From the NCBI GenBank assembly GCA_050949565.1, contig JBMNFY010000015.1, positions 1-64,000 on the forward strand: 64,000 nucleotides of DNA. Reading direction: 5' to 3'. The DNA is from Kiritimatiellia bacterium. Lineage in GTDB: Bacteria; Verrucomicrobiota; Kiritimatiellia; RFP12; UBA1067. Position 1 is the first letter of the stretch. Each line of letters begins with the position of its first letter. This document shows, piece after piece, positions 17,766 to 26,920 of this stretch. Position numbers and translations under genes: made by a program. The notes below the pieces were generated by a model. It was given only the letters and a program-made list of their open reading frames with translations, did no database searches and was not told the origin of the DNA.

Positions 17766-18072
17766 CGTAGCAACCCCTCTGCGTCTCTGCGCCTCTGCGT
17801 TATTATTTCCCCGTAGCAATGCCTCTGCATCTCTGCGTTACTTATCTCTCCGTAGCAATGCCCCCCAAAAAAACTCTGCGCCTCTGCGCCTCTGCGTTAT
17901 TATCTCCCCGTAACAATGCCTCTGCGTCTCTGCGTTATTATTTCCCCGTAGCAATGCCTCTGCATCTCTGCGTTACTTATCTCTCCGTAGCAATGCCCCC
18001 CAAAAAAACTCTGCGCCTCTGCGCCTCTGCGTTATTATCTCCCCGTAACAATGCCTCTGCGTCTCTGCGTTA
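17766..18072 (-). repeat. Higher-order repeat: 135-bp unit x ~2.2, built from (ctctgcg)n-tta...ccgtagcaatg subunits
   Basis: The block starting ~17795 repeats 135 bp later. Each subunit is the reverse complement of the taacgcagag motif. Confidence 0.9.
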
Positions 18073-19578
18073 TTCGCCGCTTGTGCGTGCCTTCGAGCTG
18101 CGCACTGCGGGTAGAAAGCCGTCGGCGCACACGAAGGAAAGCAGCCAGACGGTCAGAATCGCGGGCGAACGGAAGGGCAGATCGCCGAGCGAATGACAGA
18201 CGGTAGCAGCCGTGCCGACAAAAACCGCGACCGCCTCGGGCGGCAGGTGGTAGAGCCAGACCGGTTTGGCGGGGATCGCGTCAAGTCCCGTAGATGTGAG
18301 CGCGCGGGTCGTACGGACAGACTGCACTACCAGCGGCACGATCAGCGTAAGCGCGCAGAGCACCATCAAGCCAAAACCGACGGCCCCCTGCTCGGCCAGA
18401 AACTGCAACGTATCATTATGCACATTCGCGCCGCCTTGGATCTGCATGGCCTTGCGCTCTTCGGGCGTCATGGAGGCGATGGCAAAGTGAGGATACCCCC
18501 ACCCGCCCACACCAAACAGGCGGTGTTCGTTAAAAATCTCTAGCGCCACGCGCGCATGATATTGACCGCGCCCCGAGACCCGTTCGAAGACCGCAGACGG
18601 CGTGATGGTGGCCAACTCGGTCTTGAGGGCCTTCGGTGCGAAGATGGTGAAGGAAAGAACGACCAGTAGCAGCACACCGAAAATTATGCCGACCAGTTTG
18701 ACATGTCCACCCGACTCGCTCTTCTGCCAAATGCCGACCAACATGTAAATACTAAGGACCAAGAAGACCACACCACAGAGCAGGATCGCGGCGCGGCTCA
18801 GCGAGGCGATGGCGGCCACGAGATTGAGCAACACGGGGATCAGCAACCAGTGCGGACTAGAGACGCTATCATCCTCTGGCCATGTCACGCCAGCTGCGGC
18901 CGGTCCGAGCCGTTCGCCGCTTGCACGGCTAAACCAGAGACCCGTTGCGAGAGCGAAGTGCAGGGTAAAGAAGGCTCCCGCAAAATTGGGGTACCCGAAC
19001 GTGGAGAAAAAGTGGGAGAAAGTCTCTGCGCCCCAGTAGACGCTTGTCGCACCGGTTATCATTTGCGCGAAGCCCAGCAGCGCCAGCGCAGCCGCATTCC
19101 AGCAGAGGGCATGCAGCAGCAGGCGCTTGCCGCGCTTTAGAAGTCCATGCCGCGCGGCGAGCACGGCGATCAGTGCCGGCACATACCAAAGCAACAGGAC
19201 GGCGTGTTCATCGGGATTGACGCAGAAGGGCAGGCCGGGATACGGCGGCGACGGGATGCGCCATTCCTTGGTCTGCACGTTGAACTGCGGTTCCCCCGCG
19301 ACATTGAAGAAGGGAATCACCAACAACACGGTCAGCAACAGGCCGAGGTAGAGCAACGGATCGCGGACTAATGAGCGCCAGACACGGCGGCGCGCTTCGA
19401 CCCATGTCTCGCTGCTTTTGGCCTGCGGAAAGACAAGCAGGTACTCAAGTACAAGCACGGTAAGCCACGGGATGACCGGCATCAGCAGGTCTGGGCGTGT
19501 GCCGCCGTGAATCCAACTGAAGCCGATGACCAGCAGCAGGATGTGGAGCATCAGGACGTTGCGGATGAAGAAGTTCAT
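18070..19578 (-). CDS. O-antigen ligase/polymerase family membrane protein
   Basis: Multi-TM, F.YPNFAG, SLSRAA, FGVGGWG, HNDTLQFLAEQGAVG, HSLGDLP. Confidence 0.88.
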   Translation of the reverse strand: MNFFIRNVLMLHILLLVIGFSWIHGGTRPDLLMPVIPWLTVLVLEYLLVFPQAKSSETWVEARRRVWRSLVRDPLLYLGLLLTVLLVIPFFNVAGEPQFNVQTKEWRIPSPPYPGLPFCVNPDEHAVLLLWYVPALIAVLAARHGLLKRGKRLLLHALCWNAAALALLGFAQMITGATSVYWGAETFSHFFSTFGYPNFAGAFFTLHFALATGLWFSRASGERLGPAAAGVTWPEDDSVSSPHWLLIPVLLNLVAAIASLSRAAILLCGVVFLVLSIYMLVGIWQKSESGGHVKLVGIIFGVLLLVVLSFTIFAPKALKTELATITPSAVFERVSGRGQYHARVALEIFNEHRLFGVGGWGYPHFAIASMTPEERKAMQIQGGANVHNDTLQFLAEQGAVGFGLMVLCALTLIVPLVVQSVRTTRALTSTGLDAIPAKPVWLYHLPPEAVAVFVGTAATVCHSLGDLPFRSPAILTVWLLSFVCADGFLPAVRSSKARTSGE

Positions 19579-19579
19579 G

Positions 19580-19865
19580 GAAGTTAATTAGTGCTTGGTT
19601 TTTTTATCCACAGATGGACACAAGATTACGCGGATTTTTGGGGACAGGGCTCGGGTTTATTTAACGCAGAGGCACGGAGACACAGAGGTTTTTTGGGGAG
19701 TGGCAGGGCTGGCCGCAAGTTATTGCGACCACCCAGTGGTCGCAATGATGAGTGTAAAAACGGGCGGAGGTTGGGCACTGGGCGCACACAGGGCATGCAA
19801 TGAGAGCCGTGACATACCAGATCGTCACGCCACACTCCCAAACTAATGAACTAATGAACTAATGA
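19580..19865. repeat. Intergenic repeat mosaic
   Basis: tatccacagat module, linker gggacagggctcgggttt, taacgcagaggcacggagacacagag, palindrome attgcgaccacccagtggtcgcaat (19722-19746), (ctaatgaa)x3. Confidence 0.8.
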
Positions 19866-20685
19866 ACTTCTCCAACTCCGTCTGCCAATGCGGCATGGGG
19901 GGAAGGCCGGCGAGACGCAACATGCGTTTTTCCAAACGGGAGTTGGCGGGGCGCGGAGCCGGACGCGGAAACGCGGCGGTCGTACAGGGTGCCAGACTGC
20001 GGGCAAGACCGGCACACCGAAAAATCTCACGCGCGAAGCCATACCATGTGGTCTCGCCTTCGCAACTGCCGTGTACCACACCGGGGACCGGATGCTCCAA
20101 CAATCGCGCGATCAGTCCGGCAACCGCCTCGGTTGAAGTGGGGTTGCCGATCTGGTCGTCGACAACCTTGAGCGGCTCCCCCTCCTGAACTCCGAGTTTG
20201 AGCATTGTATGGACAAAACTGGGACCGCCCTCGCCGTAGAGCCAGGCGATACGCACAATCGTGTGGTCGGGACAGTGGCGGCGCACCGCCTCTTCGCCCG
20301 CGAGTTTGCTGGCACCGTAAACCGTGCATGGCGCAGGCACGTCGAATTCGTGATACGGACGGTCAAGGCGACCGTCGAACACGTAGTCGGTGGAGATGGC
20401 GATCATACGCGCACCGTGGCGCGTTGCGGCGCACGCCACACAGGCACTACCCAACGCGTTCACGCGAAAAGCGGCGTCGGCATCCGACTCGCAGACGTCC
20501 ACCTGAGTCATCGCCGCAGCATGAATCACGACGTCCGGCTTGAGGCCGCTGATCACCTGCTCCACACTACGGCTGTCTGCGATATCCACCTCCGGCAGGT
20601 CGGCAATGAACAACTCGTGCCCACATAACTTTCGCTGGAGCGTACGCCCTAGCATCCCCTTCCCGCCTGTGATTAAAAGTTTCAT
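19843..20685 (-). CDS. rfbD: dTDP-4-dehydrorhamnose reductase
   Basis: ITGGKGMLG, HAAAMTQVD.CE, ISTDYVFDG, YGASKLAGE, VVDDQIGNPT, PAPRPANSRL. Confidence 0.95.
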   Translation of the reverse strand: MKLLITGGKGMLGRTLQRKLCGHELFIADLPEVDIADSRSVEQVISGLKPDVVIHAAAMTQVDVCESDADAAFRVNALGSACVACAATRHGARMIAISTDYVFDGRLDRPYHEFDVPAPCTVYGASKLAGEEAVRRHCPDHTIVRIAWLYGEGGPSFVHTMLKLGVQEGEPLKVVDDQIGNPTSTEAVAGLIARLLEHPVPGVVHGSCEGETTWYGFAREIFRCAGLARSLAPCTTAAFPRPAPRPANSRLEKRMLRLAGLPPMPHWQTELEKFISSLVH

Positions 20686-20721
20686 GAGTACATTAGCGCC
20701 CTATCGACCGATAAAAAAAGT

Positions 20722-21200
20722 TGTTTTCACCACGAGGGCACGAAGGACACGAAGGTTTTTGAGGTAGCTCTGCTCGGGTCTGTTTAGCCACAGAGGCACG
20801 GAGGCACAGAGTTTTTCTGGGGGCAGGGCTCCGGGTTTGTTTAACCACGAAACACACTGAATACACGGAAAGGCATGGCTCGGGTCTTCGGAACCGCCAA
20901 GACGCCAAAAACGTCAGGGCAAGCTCCAGTTTTCATGAGGTTTCATGTGTTTCATGGTTCGGTTTTGTTTAACGCAGACGCAGAGGTTTTGGAGGGCGAG
21001 TGTCCCCACGAGCCGCCTTCCGCTATACGGAAGGATGGCCTCAAGTTCCTTCGCAGAGCACTGGGAGGGACGAGCGTCGCTCGTCCGCGGGCAAGCAGAC
21101 GCTTGCCCCTCCCTGCGCTTCGCAAACCGCGCCACTTGATGTTGAAAGTTGAGCGTTCGATCCCGATAGCACACTAATTAACTAATGCACTAATGAACTT
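20722..21200. repeat. Array of six different short-period motifs with linkers, followed by REP-like palindromes
   Basis: Motifs listed in the findings. REP-like ggagggcgagtgtccccacgagccg and ggagggacgagcgtcgctcgtcc..gggcaagcagacgcttgccc at 20991-21112. Confidence 0.8.
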
Positions 21201-22594
21201 CAATAACGATAGTGCTCGGGCTTGTACGGGCCTTCGACTGGCACGCCGATATAATCGGCTTGGGTCTGGCTCATGACCGTCAGCTTCGCGCCGAGCTGGT
21301 CGAGGTGCAAACGGGCGACCTCTTCATCCAACTCCTTGGGCAGGCGGTAGACGTCGGTCTCCAGCGTCTCATTCCAGAGTTTGATCTGGGCGAGGGTTTG
21401 GTTGGTGAAGCTGTTGGACATCACGAAGCTCGGGTGACCGGTGGCGCAACCGAGATTGACCAGACGACCATCCGCGAGCAGGTAGATGCAGTGGCCATCG
21501 GGGAAGATGTACTTGTCCACCTGCGGCTTGATGTTGACGTGGCTGATGCCGGGCCACGCCTTGAGCTTGGCCACCTGAATCTCGTTGTCGAAGTGGCCGA
21601 TGTTACAAACGATGGACTGGTCACGCATGCGGCTCATGTGTTCGGCGGTAATGACATCGCAATTGCCGGTGGCGGTCACATAGATGTTGGCGTAAGGCAG
21701 CGCGTCCTCAACAGTCGCAACTTTGAAGCCGGCCATGCAAGCTTGCAGGGCGCAGATCGGATCGACCTCTGAGACCCACACCTGCGCTTTGTGCGCCTTG
21801 AGCGCCTCAGCGGAGCCTTTGCCGACATCGCCGTAGCCGCAAACAAAGGCAACCTTGCCGGCGACCATCACGTCCATCGCGCGCTTGATACCATCGACCA
21901 GCGACTCGCGACAGCCGTAGATGTTGTCGAACTTGGACTTGGTCACCGAGTCGTTGACGTTGATCGCAGGCACGAGCAGTTTCTTCTCGGCGGCGAGTTG
22001 GTAGAGGCGATGGACGCCGGTGGTGGTCTCTTCGGAAACCCCCTTCCAGGTCTTGACCGCACGACCGAACCAACCGGGCTCCTCCTTAAGGATGCTCTTG
22101 ATCAACGCATTGACGACGCGCAACTCCTCGTTGTCGGTGGGCTCGTCGAGGAAAGCGGCGTCACGCTCGGCATCAAAACCGCGGTGTAGCAACAACGTCG
22201 CGTCACCGCCGTCATCGACGATCAACTGGGGTCCCGAGCCGTCCGGCCAGGTCATCGCCTGCTTGGTGCACCACCAGTACTCTTCGAGTGTCTCTCCTTT
22301 CCAGGCGAACACCGGAATGCCACGCGCGGCGATGGCTGCGGCAGCATGATCCTGTGTGGAGAAGATGTTGCAGGAAGCCCAACGTACATCCGCACCTAGC
22401 TCCACGAGCGTCTCGATGAGCACGGCGGTCTCAACCGTCATGTGCAGGCTACCCATGACGCGCGCGCCTTTGAGCGGCTTTTGCGGGCCGTACTTGGCGC
22501 GCGTGGCCATAAGGCCCGGCATCTCTTTTTCAGCGATCTCAATGGCCCTGCGGCCCCAATCGGCCAAGCCGATGTCTTTGATTTTGTAGTTCAT
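21200..22594 (-). CDS. ahcY: Adenosylhomocysteinase
   Basis: [75 protein letters not shown]. Confidence 0.98.
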   Translation of the reverse strand: MNYKIKDIGLADWGRRAIEIAEKEMPGLMATRAKYGPQKPLKGARVMGSLHMTVETAVLIETLVELGADVRWASCNIFSTQDHAAAAIAARGIPVFAWKGETLEEYWWCTKQAMTWPDGSGPQLIVDDGGDATLLLHRGFDAERDAAFLDEPTDNEELRVVNALIKSILKEEPGWFGRAVKTWKGVSEETTTGVHRLYQLAAEKKLLVPAINVNDSVTKSKFDNIYGCRESLVDGIKRAMDVMVAGKVAFVCGYGDVGKGSAEALKAHKAQVWVSEVDPICALQACMAGFKVATVEDALPYANIYVTATGNCDVITAEHMSRMRDQSIVCNIGHFDNEIQVAKLKAWPGISHVNIKPQVDKYIFPDGHCIYLLADGRLVNLGCATGHPSFVMSNSFTNQTLAQIKLWNETLETDVYRLPKELDEEVARLHLDQLGAKLTVMSQTQADYIGVPVEGPYKPEHYRY

Positions 22595-22596
22595 AA

Positions 22597-23781
22597 TTAT
22601 TTCACACCTGCGGCGGAGCGGAGGGCGGCGGCGCGGTCGGTTTTTTCCCACGGGAATCCCTCACGGCCGAAATGGCCGTAGTTGGAGGTTCCGCGGTAGG
22701 ACCAGCCCTTCGGTTTGGTGAGGCCGAGGTCCTTGATCAGCATGCCGGGACGGAAATCGAAGATTTCATTCGCCATCAGAATCTTGGCGATTTTCTCATC
22801 GTCGATACGACCGGTACCGTAGGTGCTGACGTTGATGCTGAGCGGCTTGGCCACACCGATGGCGTAGGCGACCTGAATCTCGCACTTGTCGGCAAGACCA
22901 GCAGCCACGATGTTCTTTGCAGCATAGCGGCAGTAGTAGGCAGCCGAGCGATCGACTTTCGATGGATCCTTGCCGGAAAAAGCGCCGCCGCCGTGCGATC
23001 CGACACCGCCGTAGGTGTCGACGATGATCTTGCGGCCGGTCACGCCGGAATCCCCGCAAGGCCCGCCGATTACGAAACGACCGGTGGGATTGATGTAGAA
23101 CTTGGTCTTGTTGGTCAGCATGCCGGTGTCTTTGAGAAAATCGCGCGCGACCTCCTCGAGATCCTTACGGATGCGCGTAATCGGCACGTCGCAGGTCTGA
23201 TGCGAGATTACCACAGCAGTGATCTCCTTGGCACAACCGTCCTCGTGCAACACGCTAACCTGAGACTTTGAGTCGGGACGCAGGTACTTAATTTCGCCCT
23301 TCTTGCGTAGCGCCGTGAAAAACTGCAACAGCGAATGCGCGTAGACAATCGGTGCCGGCATGAACTGCCGCGTGGCGTTCGACGCATAGCCGAACATCAT
23401 GCCTTGATCGCCCGCGCCCTGATCTTCGGCTTTGGCCTTGGTAACGCCGCGCGCGATATCGCCTGACTGTCCATGCAGTGCGCAAAGATAGTTGAACGTA
23501 TCGTAGCTGAAGCCTTCCGTAGGATTATCGTAACCGATGTCCTGCACCACTTCGCGCGCGATCTTACCGGGATTGATCCGATCCCAGTTTTTGCAGGTGA
23601 TCTCCCCGAGGTTGACGACGAGGTTAGGGCCGACCGCCGTTTCGCACGCTACACGCGCGGCGGGATCATTTGCCAGACAGGCATCCAGAATCGCGTCAGA
23701 TATCTGGTCGCACACTTTGTCAGGATGGCCCTCTGAAACCGATTCGGAGGTGTACACATGGCGCGTTGTCATCTTACTCAT
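22597..23781 (-). CDS. metK: S-adenosylmethionine synthetase
   Basis: [52 protein letters not shown]. Confidence 0.98.
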   Translation of the reverse strand: MSKMTTRHVYTSESVSEGHPDKVCDQISDAILDACLANDPAARVACETAVGPNLVVNLGEITCKNWDRINPGKIAREVVQDIGYDNPTEGFSYDTFNYLCALHGQSGDIARGVTKAKAEDQGAGDQGMMFGYASNATRQFMPAPIVYAHSLLQFFTALRKKGEIKYLRPDSKSQVSVLHEDGCAKEITAVVISHQTCDVPITRIRKDLEEVARDFLKDTGMLTNKTKFYINPTGRFVIGGPCGDSGVTGRKIIVDTYGGVGSHGGGAFSGKDPSKVDRSAAYYCRYAAKNIVAAGLADKCEIQVAYAIGVAKPLSINVSTYGTGRIDDEKIAKILMANEIFDFRPGMLIKDLGLTKPKGWSYRGTSNYGHFGREGFPWEKTDRAAALRSAAGVK

Positions 23782-24102
23782 AACTAGGATCCTTTAAGTC
23801 GCGTTCCCCTACCTCGGTGCGATCAGTGTCCGAAAATGGAAATCACGAATGATAAAATCAGGAACAGACAAGACTCCGTCCCCGCAAAGTACGCACACGC
23901 ATGACGCGAGCATGCTTTGTAACCACTTGAAAACAAACAAGTTACACATCTAAAAAGCAAACCCCAAGGTCAACTGGTCGCAGGATGACCTTGTGGGATG
24001 AGAGAGTAGCACAAGCGGCCCGTCTGTGAAACCCCAAAATCAGCATTGAATCGTATCCCGCTCCCCGTTACACTGTGGGGACCTTTCTCCAACGGGGTTT
24101 TT

Positions 24103-25272
24103 ATGGCGTTACGATACTTGACATCTGGTGAGTCGCACGGTCCCGCTTTGACCGCGATTCTTGAAGGCATGGTGGCGGACCTGCCGCTCACCGAAGCGAT
24201 GATCGCCGTTGATCTCGCGCGCCGTCAGGCCGGTGCCGGTGCCGGCGGCCGCATGGCGATTGAGCAGGATCATGCCGCGATCCTGTCGGGCGTGATGGCG
24301 GGCATGACAACTGGCGCTCCGATCGCGCTCCAACTTGTCAACCGCGACCACGCCAATTGGAAAGGCAAGGCCGTGCCGGCCTACACCACGCCGCGCCCCG
24401 GCCATGCCGACCTCGCCGCCGCCATCAAATATGGTTACGACGACATCCGGCCTGCACTGGAACGCGCCTCGGCTCGTGAAACCGCCGCGCGTGTAGCCGT
24501 CGGTGCTGTCTGCCGTGCCTATCTCAAAACTTTCGGTATCACGGTGGAAGGTTATGTCTCGGCCATCGGCGGCCACGCCGCCTGTCTGGAGGACATGACC
24601 TTCAGCGACCGCATCGCGTACGCTCGCAGTTCGGACGTGCAATGCCCTGACCCAAAAGCCGCTGCGCAGATGATTGCGGCGATCGAGCAAGCCAAAGCTC
24701 AAGGCGAGACGCTGGGCGGTATCATTGAAGTTGTCGTGCAGGGAGTACCGACCGGGCTCGGCTCACATGTCGCTTGGGATCGACGCCTGGACGCGCGCCT
24801 CGCGCAGGCGGTGCTGAGCGTGCCAGCAATCAAAGGGATCGAAATCGGCAACGCTTTCGCCAACGCCGCCAAGCCCGGCTCACAGGCGCACGACGCCATT
24901 GTGCCCGGCACCGCAGGGCTGGAACGCCGAAGTAACGTCTGCGGCGGTATCGAAGGCGGCATCTCCAACGGCCAGCCCGTTTGGCTGCGCGCCGCCATGA
25001 AGCCCATTCCCACTACACGCAAAGGTCAAGATACCGTTGACCTCGCCACCGGCAAACCGTGTACCTCCTGCTATGAACGTTCTGACATCTGTCCTGTGCC
25101 GCGCGCGGTCGTGGTGCTTGAAGCCGTTGTCGCGCTCGTCATGGCCGACGCCCTGATGGAAAAACTGGGCGGCGACAGCATCGCGGAGATGACGCCCCGG
25201 TTCGCCGCGTTGCGGCGTGCAACCCTCGACGACACACGACTGTCCGGCCAGCCGCATCTCTTCTGGCCGTAA
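24103..25272 (+). CDS. aroC: Chorismate synthase
   Basis: LRYLTSGESHG, PRPGHADL, ERASARETAARVA, GGIEGGISNG, MKPIPT, ERSD.C. Confidence 0.97.
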   Translation: MALRYLTSGESHGPALTAILEGMVADLPLTEAMIAVDLARRQAGAGAGGRMAIEQDHAAILSGVMAGMTTGAPIALQLVNRDHANWKGKAVPAYTTPRPGHADLAAAIKYGYDDIRPALERASARETAARVAVGAVCRAYLKTFGITVEGYVSAIGGHAACLEDMTFSDRIAYARSSDVQCPDPKAAAQMIAAIEQAKAQGETLGGIIEVVVQGVPTGLGSHVAWDRRLDARLAQAVLSVPAIKGIEIGNAFANAAKPGSQAHDAIVPGTAGLERRSNVCGGIEGGISNGQPVWLRAAMKPIPTTRKGQDTVDLATGKPCTSCYERSDICPVPRAVVVLEAVVALVMADALMEKLGGDSIAEMTPRFAALRRATLDDTRLSGQPHLFWP

Positions 25273-25297
25273 CCCCGAACCCCTCCATCCTGCGCGT

Positions 25298-26920
25298 ATG
25301 CACCTTTATCTCTACGGCCCTCCCGGCAGCGGCAAATCCACCATCGGCCAAATCCTTGCGCAGCGCTTGGACCTGCCCTTCATCGACCTCGATGCCTTCA
25401 TTGAACGCGCGGCCAAACAGTGCATCCCCGACATTTTCGCCCTCGAAGGCGAGGCGGGGTTCCGGGCTCGTGAAGCTGCCGCGTTCGACCAAGCCGCACA
25501 CGGATCGGCAGCAGTCATTGCCCTCGGCGGTGGTGCCCTGCTCAACGCCAAGAATCGTGCTCTGGCCGAATCCACCGGTGACATCCTCTGCCTCCAGGCA
25601 GACGCCGCCACGCTGGAATCGCGCGTGAACCGCAACCCCGGCCAACGCCCCCTACTCGCTGTGCCGAACATGGAGTGCGCCACGCCCCCCTCCCCCGGCC
25701 AAGCCAAACCCATCGGCCAACTCCTAGCCGAGCGCGCCGACCACTACGCCTCGTTCGCATGCCGCTTGTCGGTCAGCGACCTGCCGCCCGATGTGACGGC
25801 GGATCAGGCGCAAGCCGTACTCGGACGCTTCCGCATCAGCGGTATGGGAAACGCCTATTCCGTCCGCGTCGGCGATGGTGTACTGGACACGCTTGGCGCG
25901 CGCATGGCTGAATTGGGCTGCGGCAACCGCACGGTCGTGGTGGGCGATTCGCACACCCTGCCGCTCTACGGCGAGCGTGTAGCGGCTTCGTTGCGCGCAA
26001 GCGGCATGACGGTCAGTCTCGCCGAGATCCCGGCCGGTGAAGCGACCAAGACCATCGAGACCGTCGCCGCGCTTTGGTCGGCCTTCCTCGACGCCGGTAT
26101 CGAACGCGGCCATGCGGTGGTCGCGCTGGGCGGCGGTGTAGTCGGCGACCTCACCGGTTTCGCGGCTGCCACGTGGTTGCGCGGGGTGCGCTGGATCGGC
26201 CTGCCGACCACACTGCTCGCAATGGTCGATTCCGGACTCGGCGGCAAGACCGGTGCCGATCTGCCGCAAGGCAAGAACCTGATCGGCGCGTTTCATCCGC
26301 CGTCTCTGGTGCTGGCCGACACGTCAACGTTAGCAACCTTGCCCGCGGTCGAGTTGCGGTGCGGCTTGGCGGAGGTCATCAAACACGCGGTGATCGGCGA
26401 TCCGGGGCTGCTGGACGAGTTGCCACGCTTCGCCTTCTGTGCGCAGAGCGCCGACAACGCCCCATGCACATGCCTAGCGGAAAGCGACTGGTTAGCGTCC
26501 TTCGTCGCGCGTGCAATGGCCGTCAAGGTTCGCATCATCCAGCAGGATCCGTTTGAGAAGGGCGCGCGCGCCGCACTCAACCTCGGCCACACGATCGGAC
26601 ACGGTATTGAGAAGGCGACGGATTTCGCCGTGCGTCACGGCGAGGCGGTCGCCATCGGCACCGTACTGGAAGCGCAGCTTGCAGAAGCACTCGGACTGGC
26701 GCAACCAGGTCTGGCGCAACAGCTCGCCGCGCACTTCGCGCAGGTGGGGCTGCCGGTGACAATGCCCGCCGGTATCGACCTGACAGCCGTGCGGGCGGCA
26801 ATGGCGCTCGATAAAAAAAGGGCGGACGGCGAAATACGATTCGCGTTGCCCGCCGCGATCGGCGATGTGCGCACCGGAATCGCGGTCGACGACGCTCTTC
26901 TCGGTAATGTTCTGAGGTAG
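25298..26920 (+). CDS. aroKB: Bifunctional shikimate kinase / 3-dehydroquinate synthase
   Basis: N-terminal GPPGSGKS, D.D, GEAGFR, LGGG. C-terminal GE..KT, LGGGVVGDL.GF.A, PTTLLAMVDS..GGKT, NLGHT.GH, HGEAV, DKK. Confidence 0.95.
   Translation: MHLYLYGPPGSGKSTIGQILAQRLDLPFIDLDAFIERAAKQCIPDIFALEGEAGFRAREAAAFDQAAHGSAAVIALGGGALLNAKNRALAESTGDILCLQADAATLESRVNRNPGQRPLLAVPNMECATPPSPGQAKPIGQLLAERADHYASFACRLSVSDLPPDVTADQAQAVLGRFRISGMGNAYSVRVGDGVLDTLGARMAELGCGNRTVVVGDSHTLPLYGERVAASLRASGMTVSLAEIPAGEATKTIETVAALWSAFLDAGIERGHAVVALGGGVVGDLTGFAAATWLRGVRWIGLPTTLLAMVDSGLGGKTGADLPQGKNLIGAFHPPSLVLADTSTLATLPAVELRCGLAEVIKHAVIGDPGLLDELPRFAFCAQSADNAPCTCLAESDWLASFVARAMAVKVRIIQQDPFEKGARAALNLGHTIGHGIEKATDFAVRHGEAVAIGTVLEAQLAEALGLAQPGLAQQLAAHFAQVGLPVTMPAGIDLTAVRAAMALDKKRADGEIRFALPAAIGDVRTGIAVDDALLGNVLR

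Noticed and set aside
23782-24100. SAM or SAH riboswitch upstream of metK-ahcY
   Set aside because: No SAM-I/II or SAH consensus recognised by eye, only a tgtaac...gttaca inverted repeat. An Infernal/Rfam scan would be needed to exclude one.
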